From: Octopus sinensis
Lineage: Eukaryota
Direction: 5' to 3'
Length of the DNA stretch: 64,000 nucleotides
NCBI RefSeq assembly: GCF_006345805.1
Contig: NC_043016.1
Coordinates: 30,318,001-30,382,000 of the forward strand
Shown here: piece by piece, positions 12,574 through 24,500 of the stretch
Layout: the number at the start of each line of letters is the position of its first letter
Position numbering within the stretch: the first letter of the stretch is position 1
The notes under the pieces: generated by a model
Told to the model about the DNA's origin: nothing
Seen by the model: the letters and a program-made list of their open reading frames with translations, nothing else
Database searches by the model: none
Made by a program: the position numbers and the translations under genes

Positions 12574-15500
12574 CATGTTTTCCTAAGGTGTTTTCATAAC
12601 TTGAAATGTGGATCAAGCTAAATAGTTGCATTGTTTTTAAAATCTCTAATTGTGGAGGGAACCTGTGGAAAGGGTAGACCCGGGAAGAATTAGAATGAGG
12701 TGGTGACACATAAAAGGCACCTGTGCTGGTGATGTGTTAAGGACACCCATGCTAGTGACACATAAAGGGCACCTGTACTGGTGACACATACGTAAAAGGC
12801 ACCAATGCCAGTGATACATTGTCCAAACTTATCTGCAATAAATTGTCTATGCTTCTACAATACAGCAAATGTTTTAACAAGTTTTTAAAATCTTTTCCTA
12901 ATAATATTTAATTATAAAAATATGATAGGATTTTTTAAGCATGAAATGGTTGTGAGGCTCCATCGAAGTAAAATAGGAATCAAATGGGTCCAGAGGTTAA
13001 AAAAAAAAATGGTTGCCAAACACTGAGCAAAATTTTCCAAGTGATTTCACTGAGACCTTAGTTTTGATTTCAATGTTGGCTGCTCAGACTCTTGAAAAAA
13101 ATTTCTTACTATGATTTTTAAATACTTTGTCTGGCTGTCATGCTAATGAACATTCTGAAAAATCTTTCACTTTCCAGCTGGAGACACTTCTACAAAAAGA
13201 AAGAAACAATCATATTCTTGAAATTGAGAAATTAAAAGAGGAAATGTCTGAGAGTTTCCACATGGTATGCATTTTTTGATGTTTTCTTGTCTAGAATTTT
13301 CAATATCTGTAATGGTCACTTAGGAAATATTCATTCCACAACAGAGTTTGTCATTATATGATTTCTAATTAATTTTTTATAATGACAAAGTCTGATAGTT
13401 TTTTTCTGTTGTTAAATTCCTGGAACAGTCTTCATATTCCATGTTCTCTGGTTAAAATGAATCAGATACATCTGTTGAATGAATGAAGAGTGGAATGACG
13501 TGATGGACTCAACAATTGGCTAAATGTAAAATTGGATAACCTTTAGATCGCCATTTGTTTTAGGTACCCACTTTAGCATCAGATTACTCAGTAAGGGTCC
13601 CCAGGTATCATCATTATTTAACATCCATTTTCCATGCTGTAGTGGGTTGGACGGTTTGACAGGAGCTAACAAGGCCAGGGGCTGCACCAGGTTCCATAGT
13701 CAGTTTTGGCTTAGTTTCTACAGCTTGATGCCCTTCCTAATGCCAACCCCTTTACAGAATGTATTGGGTTCTTTCTATGCGGTACCAGCATGAGACAATG
13801 CTGTGTAAATCTTACATTTGTTTAGCTTCAATACCAGAAAAACCATCAGTGCAGACCAGTTGCCGATCCTTTCCAAGAGAGAAATGCAACCAACATGGAG
13901 CAGTTGATATACACTGAAACATTTTGGGCTGAAGTATCACAGCCTCACCCATAAACCTGTCTGATTAATTTTCAAATATATTGACTCACCAACACACTAT
14001 AACAAATGAACTCTTATCACCTGTTCTTCTACTACAATACTTCCAACTGTCTCTAAACTAGCAAGCTGTGTTCCACCATCATTCAGGGTCATTTGATGCA
14101 TCAGCCTCTCCTCCAACTATGTTTTATCATTCTTCTATGTCTTAGTTGTGAAACCTGCACCAAACATTTCTTCCCTATGTTACATTCCTCTGGAACGCCT
14201 CTCTCTTTATATACGCTTCATACAGATCAAACCTGCAGAAGTTCAGACATCTATTAAAAAGTCTTCACACCAAGGCCACATGTTTTTGTTGCATACATGC
14301 AATGTGTCATGTCATATACTGGATGGTGGAAAAGTACAATTCCATCTTGGCCATTATTTGTCAGACTGCTAGTATATTCTACACTTAACACAAGTTAAGT
14401 GTTACTAAACCCAAGAAATGGCTGTGCTAGATATACAGAAAACCAATAAGTGTAGAAGTACATGGCTTAGTGGTTAGGGTATTAAACTCATGAGCATAAG
14501 ATCATAGTTTCAATTCCTGGTTCAGGTGATGTGTGGTATTCTTGAACGAAACATTTCATGTTGCTCCAGTCCACTCAGCTGGCAAAAGTGAGTAATTCTG
14601 TGATGGACTGGCATCCCATCCAGGTGGGGAATATATATGTATAAACCAGAGAAACTGGAGAACTGGCCCTATTCTTCTTATGGAGTAATGTGGACTACTT
14701 ATTCCTATTCTGTACATCAGTTGTTTCTCTGAAAGCAGTAGATTTCTATCTTCTTTGCTACTCAGCAAGACTCTAGTCTTCACAGAGTTTACTCAGATGC
14801 CTCTCAATTCCAGGTTTTGTTTTCACATTGGTCAAAAGGGATCTTATTCTTGCAAACTGCATAGTGACCTCACTAGTGGTGGTACTATGAAAAAGATAAA
14901 AAGGTACTTGGTACATTCTGTAAAGTGGTTGGCATTGGAAAAGGCATCGAGCTGTAGAAAAAAAAAAGAACCAAGCCAAAATAGATATGGGAACATGATG
15001 TAGTCCTTGGATCCACTGGATCCTGTCAACCCATCCAACCCCCACCAGTATGGATGATGAGTGTTAAACACTGGTGATACTGATATGAAATTCTTTTCTG
15101 AAACTTCCATAGATTCCACTATATTGACAAGGTCATCAGCATGTAGGAATTCTTACAAACAACCAGTCTTAAATTCCTGTTATGGCCTGAAGGGCCATAA
15201 CTATAATAAACAGGAGTAGGCCTGAAGACTAAGTTAAATTAGAATTCCTCTCAAGAGGAATCAAAATTGCCACATCCTGGATCCTGATTATATGGCTTCA
15301 TATAATCGAGATTGTTTCAATCCTAAAAACAATATTTAGAACAAGACTAATTACTTTTATATACAAATTAACCATTGAACCGAATATAGCAAACATAATG
15401 ATCTATTATTTTTGGCAGAGTCTTGAAATTGAGAAACAGAAGTATCAGAAACTTTTAGACAAGTACCAAGAGGACAAATTAAATGCTGAAGAAATTGTAA

Positions 15501-18500
15501 GTTTTAAAGTTTTAATGTTGACTGTTTTGGTTTTAAAATCTGGGATTAACATGGTGCAGTTCAGTTCTGAAAAATTCATTTTGAAATATTTTTTCCTTTT
15601 ACTTTAAAAAAAATTTTTTTTTTTTTTAAATTTGATGTTTTCTTAACAAGTCAGTATTACCACTATATTTACTTTGCATTTGTGTAACCTGCATTACTCT
15701 GCTTCAGGAGGAGAAGGGTGGTGGTGATGGTAGTGGTGGTAATGGAAGTGGTGATGGTGGTTGTGGTGGTGGTGGGGGAAATGATGGCAGCAGCAGTAAT
15801 AGTGGTGGTGGTAGTGGCAGTGGTACTGCTACTGCTGCTGCTGAGTTAATAAATGGTGACCCACATATTGACACTGGAAGGATGACGAAAGAAAAACTTT
15901 TGATCCCCTCACCTCCATGCTCTTACAGGATTTAATTTTTTGAGGTGTGAAGAAAACCACAAACTATATAATCAATTACAAGTCAACCCATTATCATCAT
16001 CATTGTCACTTTCACCACCATCACCATAACTATCATCATCACCATCGCCACAACCATCACCATCATCACAACCATAATCATCACCACAACCATCATCATC
16101 ATCACATTCTTCATTGTTCGCGTTGTTAGCATTTTCTGCTGAACTCGAGACAAACCACTAACTACAACGCCCAAATAATAAACAAAACAGCCAAAAATCA
16201 AGGATGACAACTGAGTGCAAAGTGGGTGGAAAAAGCAATGCATAGAAAATACACGAAAAGAAGAGCGGATGCTGATGTAGATCATTACAAGACAACATAA
16301 ATGGCTCAGAGCAACTGACCTTAAACCAGAGACAGAAAGTCTCATCATTGCTGCTCAAGACAAGAGCCTTCTAATAAAGTCCAACCAACATAGAATAATA
16401 TAAAATAGCACTGACCCTCAGTGCAGGAAATGCTGACCACCTTGTATCTGGCTGCCCAGAACTTGGTTAAGACAGAATACATCCAATGTCAATGTAAGAA
16501 ATCAGTATTGTTGCCTATCATTATCACCATCATGATAACCGCAACCCCTTCCCCCCATCATCATCATCTCTATCACTACTATTTTAACCCTTTGACGACG
16601 GTATTACCCGAAGCATGCGAGACACTGCACTGGTTTTTTTTTTTATCTATTAGATAAAAAAAGGTCACACAAACATACAAGTGCCAACAAGCTCACATCT
16701 ATTCACATTCACCGTTACAATAACATAGCATTGTACATTTACGTCTACCGGTTTATGAAAACGAACTATGTGAAGCTATTTATCGTAATATGATATGCAC
16801 GAGTTATTCTGCTCAAGTTCAGAAAATAGCTTGCGTGTGGTACGACTCAAAACACGGTATTATGCATGTAAAGCATCCGCATGTCATTGGTCTACAGGTA
16901 GGCTCATGACTTGAACATAACCTAAAATAGCTAAGATAATGCACATGATAGTGAGCGCGTGCACCTCAAGAGATAAAGTACATGATAGCGAACGTAAACA
17001 TATGTCAGCTGTTAAAAAGTCCGTGATAGATGAAGGGCAGCTCTACATTGTATATTTACGTTAACTGCGGGTAGGCAAGCAAAAGTGTGATCACATATTT
17101 GCGTCAACCGTTGTCATGGGTTTAACCCTTTAGCATTCAGCTTACTGTCAAATGTAATGCTTATTTATTCATATTGTTTCGAAGTTATCATTCATTATCT
17201 TGTAACTCTGAGATTTAAATGAGGGATTGTTTATTTTATTTAGAATGACATTGTAGGGTGGATATGAGAAGCTGGATCTGACCTGTTTGAACATAAAACA
17301 GACAGAATATTTGGGCCAGATGTGGCTGGTTTAAATGCTAAAGGTTTAATATCATCATTTGCAGTCGAGTATAGGCTTAAGTTACATTGATATCAAAGAA
17401 TTCCAAAAAAGAGTTTTGGACCTGCTAATTCCAAGTGAGTTTGCCATAGTGAAAGATATATGCACTTAAGGTCATTCTGTTGTTTGCATGTTCCAGGCAA
17501 AGAAACAAGTGGCATCAGCCGTGCAGTGCCATATTGAAGCCATAAATGATTTGGAAGAATTATTATCCAGTACCCGAAATACTTTCACTGAGAATGAAAT
17601 TTCCTTGAAGAAAGAGATAGATGGATTGAAAAAAGTCATCAAAGACCTGGAAAAACGTATCGGTTAGTTTTAGTTTTTCTATCCCAATTAATGAGTCACA
17701 TGGTCTGTAACTTTCTTTTTGACATGTGTGCTTTTCAAGTGGAATTTCACTAATACATAATCACATATGCATACATTCACGTGGCTGTGTGGTTAAGAAG
17801 TTTGCTTTCTGGTCACACAGCTTCACGTTCAGTTCCACTGTGTGGCAACTTTGGCATGTGTCTTTTGTTTTAGCCCCAGACCACCCAATGCCTTTTGAGT
17901 GGATTGCTCTATCTTCAGATGGTAATGGAAAGAAATCTGTTGCATGTGTGTGTGTTTGTATGTTTTCTGCAATGACTTGAGAAGTGATGACAATTCTAAT
18001 AATTAATAATGGTATTTTATACACTTAAAGCTTATAAGCGATCATTGTGCATTGATTAAAGAAAATAGTCTTGACAGGATAAAGTAGGTTTTCCCCATGC
18101 ATGGGACTCAAACCCACATATCGTATATTCATATAAGTATGCTAACCATTATACCAACATACTCATTCAATGTAAAAGTTAACCTCAGTTGGATTTGACC
18201 TCTGAATGTAAAGAGTAGGTACATTGATGTAATGGTTAACATACTTATTGCAAATATAAAAGGTATGGGTTTGAGTCCCAGGCATATTGAAAACCCACTT
18301 TTTTCATTAAGGGCTTATATCACCTTTTCATCCTTTTGTGGTCGATTAAATAAGTACCAGTTAATCATTGGGGGTCAATGTAATCAACTTAATCCCCTTG
18401 TCTGTCCTTGTTTGTCCCCTCTATGTTCAGCCCCCTGTAGACAATAAAGAAATAAACATTAGACTATGTTCTTTAGTCAATACACAGAGATTGCTTATAA

Positions 18501-21500
18501 GTTATTATTATTTACAGAATATATATATATATATAGTTCATACATGAGGATCAGATATTCTCAGTATAGAATATACTTAGTGTACACTTTTTCGACTCCT
18601 TACTTCCCTATATCATTTGTATTCTTTGTAAGTTGAACCTTTTTGTATGTAAACATATATACATTTTTTATAATGAAATCAAATTCAATGACTGGCATCC
18701 ATGCTAGTGGAGTGCTAAATGTACCATACGAGTGAGATCATTGCCAGAACAACAAGCTGGCCTCTGTGCCGATGGCACGTAAAAAAACACCATTCGAGCG
18801 TGATCGTTACCTGCGTCGCCTTGCTGGCACTTGTGCTGGTGGCATGTGAAAAAAACATTCGAGCGAGGTTGTTGCCAGTGCCGCTGGACTGGCTCCTATG
18901 CAGGTGGCACATAAAAAGCACCATTTGAGTGTGGCCGTTGCCAGTACTGCCTGACTGGTCCTCATGTCGGTGGCATGTAAAAGCCCCCACTACACTCTCA
19001 GAGTGGTTGGCGTTAGGAAGGGCATCCAGCTGTAGAAACTCTGCTAGATCAGATTGGAGTCTGGTGCATCCACCTGGTTTGCCAGTCCTCAGTCAAATCG
19101 TCCAATCCATGCTAGCATGGAAAGCAGACGTTAAACGATGATGATGAGTATTCCATGTATTTTATACACTTTATGTATTGATCTGTCTAATTTGCTTATC
19201 CTTACATTTACTCATAAATACATGTGTGTTTGGCATTTGGAAGGGCATCCAGCTATAAAAATCATGCCGAAACTGACCTCACCTGTGCTAGTGCCATGTA
19301 AAAAGCACTGAGTCCATTCTGCAGAGTGGTTGGTGTTAGGAAGGGCATCCAGCCATAAAAACCATGCCAAAACAGACACAGTAGCATAGGGTAGATTCTC
19401 TACCTGGCTAACACTTGTGAACCGACCTGCCCATGCATGCATGGATGATGGACGTTAAAAAATGATGATGATGATGTGTGTGTGTTGGTATGTATGTATG
19501 TGTGCTTGTGTGTGCATGTATTTGTGTCTCCTTGTCTTGATATCATGCATTAAATATATATGAGCATCATCTTCACACAGATAGTGTCCTCGATTTTCAA
19601 GCTTCTGTGGAAATATGTCAACCAGGGTTAAAAATATTACTTTACTTGGAAATAGGTGAGGGTTGGTTCCAAGAAGGGCATCCAAAAATAGAAAATCTAC
19701 CCGAATGAATGCCATCTGACCCATCCTAGCATGGGAAAATTACATGACAAAATGATGATGATGATGATGATGACAATGATGATGACGACGATGACGACAA
19801 AGAAGAAGAAGAAGAAGAAGAAGAAGATGAGGTAGTGGTGGTGGTTCCTCCACTTTTACAGATAGTTGCTCTCTCTCTCTGAGCTTTCCTAACTGTTAAT
19901 GGAATTTCTGACTTTCTGTCCATGACCTCTCTGATGACAGCTCAGTCTTGTACATGTCTGCATTGTTTGAAAGTATAGGTGACAGATCAGAGTTGTAACT
20001 TCCACTGGATTGATTGGATCATTTTGTGGGATAGAATCTCTGTGGACCACAAAATGCCTCTTCAGACCCAATATATTAACTTGCATACCCTTTTACATAC
20101 ATAGGGAAACACAAACACATCTTTCAGGTACATGACTGGTCCTTTCATCATCATCATCATCATCATCACCATCATTGTTTAACGTCCGCTTTCCATGCTA
20201 GCATGGGTTGGACGATTTGACTGAGGACTGGCGAACCAGATGGCTGCACCAGGCTCCAATCTTGATCTGGCAGAATTTCTACAGCTGGATGCCCTTCCTT
20301 ACGCCAACCACTCCAAGAGTGTAGTGGGTGCTTTTATGTGCCACCAGCACAAGGGTCAGTCAGGTGGTACTGGCAACGGCCATGCTCAAATGGTGTTTTT
20401 TACGTGCCACCTGCACAGGAGCCAGTCTAGTGGCACTGGCAATGACCTCGCTCGAATGTTTTTTTCACATGCCACCAGCACAAGTGCCAGTAAGGTGATG
20501 CTGGTAACAATCACACTCGAATGGTGCTTTTTACGTGCCACCAGCACGGAAGCCAGTTCTGCTCCCAGAAGGATAAAAGGTAAAGTTGATCTCGGTGGGA
20601 TTTGAACTCTAAATGTAAAGAGCCAGAACCAATACCACAAGGCATTTTGGTAGGTGCTCTAATGATTCTACCAATCCACTGCCTTAAAACCTAAATATTG
20701 ATAACAATGATGGTAACAATGATGATGATGATGACGATGTCAATAATGATATGAAAATTTTTATTTACTAATGCACACACAAATACACACACACTCATGT
20801 TATATTATATTTATGAAATATTTTAAAGCAAATTCTGATAAAGCTGGGGAAGAGGAGACTACAAAGCTGAACTTAGAACTTGCAGGGAAGCAGCAAGAAC
20901 TTAAAGACTTTGAAAGTAAATTGAAAACTTGTAATCAGCAACTAGAAGAAGCTAATTGTCAGGTAATAAATTGATATCATACAATTAAATATTTTTTAAT
21001 TGCCTTATTTATAGTTGGCCAACAAGTTTTTCTTGTGTCAAAACAAACACAGTCACTCATACATTAGGTGATAAAGCAGGTATATTATTATTTACGTAAT
21101 ATTATAGTCTCATAATAAGGTGGCGAGCTGGCAGAAACGTTAGTATGCCGGGCAAAATGCTTAGCAGTATTTCGTCTGCTGTTACGTTCTGAGTTCAAAT
21201 TCCACCGAGGTTGACTTTGCCTTTCATCCTTTCGGGGTCGATAAATTAAGTACCAGTTACGCACTGGGGTCATTGTAATCGACAATCCCATTGTCTATCC
21301 TTGTTTGTCCCCTCTATGTTTAGCCTCTTGTGGGCAGTAAAGAAATAAGAAGTTTGCTTCCCAACCACATGGTTCTGGGTTCAGTCCCACTGCATGGCAC
21401 ATTGGGCAAGTGTCTTCTACTATATCCTTGGGCCAACCAAGTTTTGTGAGTAGATTTGACAGACGGAAACTGAAAGACGCTTGTCGTTTATGTGTGTGTT

Positions 21501-24500
21501 TGTCCCCCTCCCCCACTGATTGACAACTAGTGTTGGTGAGTTTTTGTCCCTGTAACCTAGCAGTTTGGCAAAAGAGTATTGGTAGAGTATCAGGTTTAAA
21601 AAATAAGTACAATAAGTACTGGGTTTACTCGTTCAACCAAAATTCTTCAAGGCAGTGCCCCAGTCTGACTGAAACAAGATAATGAAGAAAGGAATAATGT
21701 TGTTGTTGTTTAGCTTTGTTTAGCTACATGTCAGCCTTAAATTGAGCAGACCTGGTATTTTGGGGCCTCTAGCAATCCAACCATGATCATCCCATTCTTC
21801 TATTAGTCTAGAACCACTTTGTCTAAAATATCCTTTCTAAAGATGGGAAGAAATGCTTTGAAAGAATTTGACTGCTATTTTTCGTATGCCAAGTGACCAC
21901 ATGAAACTCTGCTTGCTTGTTTATCAATGATATTAAATTACCTTACTACAAGAAGGTAGCCAAATGGGTAACATTTTCAACAACTTGCATACAAATCATG
22001 AGTTCAAAACTTACTGCTGGTATTTTGATTATTTTCCTGGGTAAAGGGTAAAGACACACTTCAGTCATGAATGGCACCTTGGAAGTTTCTTTCCAAGGCA
22101 CAAGTCCAGGTAAGGTTGTTTTTATGTAAGACCATCAGTCGGCCATGCATACCGTCCTCCCCTCTCCACGCCACCAGTGTTATCCAAGAGAAAGGCAAAG
22201 ATTGATACAGCTTGGCACCAGTGACATCACAACTCATTTCTACAGATGAGTGAACTGGAGTAATGTGAAATAAAGTGTCTTGTTCAAGAACACAACACAC
22301 AGCCCAGTCCAAGAATTGAATTCACTATCTCATGATTGTGAGCCCAACACTCTAACCACTGAGCCATGTGCCTTCACTATTTTCTTCGATAGAATACTAT
22401 ATTCTATATCATCTCGACCTTTTTAGCTGTTGTTGAGTCATTGTTTAACCTCAGGTCATCCCTGGTAGTGCATACCTATAATCAAAACATACCAGTCACA
22501 ACCACTCTGTCATTTTGTATATCAGAAACTACATTGTTCAATGCATCCTTCTTTATTTAAGATGATTGGTATCCCACAAACTCTGCTGGATTTTCTGTAA
22601 TCATTCTTACTAATGCATATCTGCATTATTTTCCTTGTATTTGTGAGTGTACCCCTGTGATTAATATCCTGTGGAGGCACAATGGCCCAGTGGTTAGGGC
22701 AGCGGACTCGTGGTTGTAGGATTGCAGTTTTGATTCCCAGACCGGGTGTTGTGAGTGTTTATTGAGCGAAAGCACCTAAAGCTCCACGATGCTCCAGCAG
22801 GGGGTGGTCGTGATCCCTGCTGTACTCTTTTGTCACAACTTTCTCTTGCTCTTTCTTCTGTTGGCTTGATCGCTTAGCCAGCGGGGTGGTGTCATTTGAA
22901 GGCTAAAACAATCCAAAGTGCATTGTGACCAGCGATGTGTAGCAACATCTGATAGCCTGGTCGGTCACAGTGATCAAGGTGATATTTAATATCCTATTCT
23001 GCACAACATTTTGCTGCCACAGCAAAAGTCATTTTGTTCACTTGGCTTTCCTTGACTCAACTTTATTACTATCATACAAGGACAGCAGAGATTCACAATG
23101 TAAGATGTCTGATGTATAGGTTTTAGTTGGATCTGAGTATTCAGTTTATGATTTAGCTGATTGTCCTTTTGCAATTTTACCTTGTCATATATATTATATA
23201 AAAATATTACAGGGTGGTTGATGTTAGGAAGGGTATCTGGCCATAAAAACCATGCCAAAACAGACACAGAAGTATGGGGCAGTCTTCTGCCTTACCATCT
23301 CTTGTTAAACCATCCAACATATGCCTGCATGGAAGGCAGAGTTTTAAATGATGATGATGATGACAGTATTATGTATGTGGTAATTTATCAACCCTGAAAG
23401 GATGAACTGCAAAGTTGACCTCGGCGAAATTTGAACTCAGAACATAAAGACAGATGAAATAGCGCTAAGCATTTCGCCCAGCATGCTAACGCTTCTGCCA
23501 GCTCACTGCCTTATATATATATCTATATTATATGTATGTATGCATATATCTGTGTATCTTTGTATTTGCACTGTGCTTGTCTCTTTGCCACCACCACTTG
23601 GTAACTGGTGTTGGTTTGTTTATATCCCTGTGGCTTTGTAGTTTGGCAAAAGACACTGATAGAATAAGTACCAGACTTAAAAAATAAGTACTGGAGTTGA
23701 TCTGTCCAACTAAATATATACTCCTTATTCTGACGGCAGTAAAGAGTTTGTTGAAGTGAGAATTTGACTGTAGGTTGATAATTCTTTATCCAAAATGTTT
23801 GAAACTGAAAATGTTATGGATTTCTAGAAATTTTTCTATGTGAGAATGTTTTACTTTCAAAAACTTTCAGAATTCCAAATAAAATGATTATCAACTTATA
23901 TTTACATTAATCCTTTTGTTACCATATTTCTGCTGAAATACAGCGTGTTTGCTTCAATAAATTTTGAAAATCATCATCATCATTTAACGTCCGCTTTTCA
24001 TGCTAGCATGGGTTGGACGGTTCAACTGGGGTCTGGGGAGCCCGAAGGCTGCAGCAGGCCAGTCAGATCTGGCAGTGTTTCTACAGCTGGATGCCCTTCC
24101 TAACGCCAACCACTCCGAGAGTGTAGTGGGTGATTTTATGTGCCAGACGAGGCTGGCGAATGGCCACGCTCAATGCAGAATTTTTGTAAAGTAACTCAGT
24201 CATCATTAAGCTGACATTGGAGCACAACATGAAATTTCGATTGAAGATTTTGATTTAGATCACCTTAATAACCCTTTTGTCACATTCTTTTTCTGCTGAA
24301 ATACATTGCTTTTGTTTTGATTAATTTTGAATATAATGAAGAATTTTATAAAATAACTTTGTTGTTTGTTATTAATCTGGTGTTTGGCACACAATATGAG
24401 AATTTGATGGAAAGTTTTAATTTAAACCATTTTAAAACTAGAAGTTTGCATCATAGAACCAGATGTGGTCTCAGATGGAGATTAGTACCAAAATGGTTAA

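Noticed and set aside
12341-12709. Poly-Ser/Arg and poly-Pro/Thr ORFs; similarly poly-Tyr/Ile at 9530-9913, poly-His at 15947-16348 and 7182-7502
   Set aside because: They are translations of trinucleotide microsatellites.
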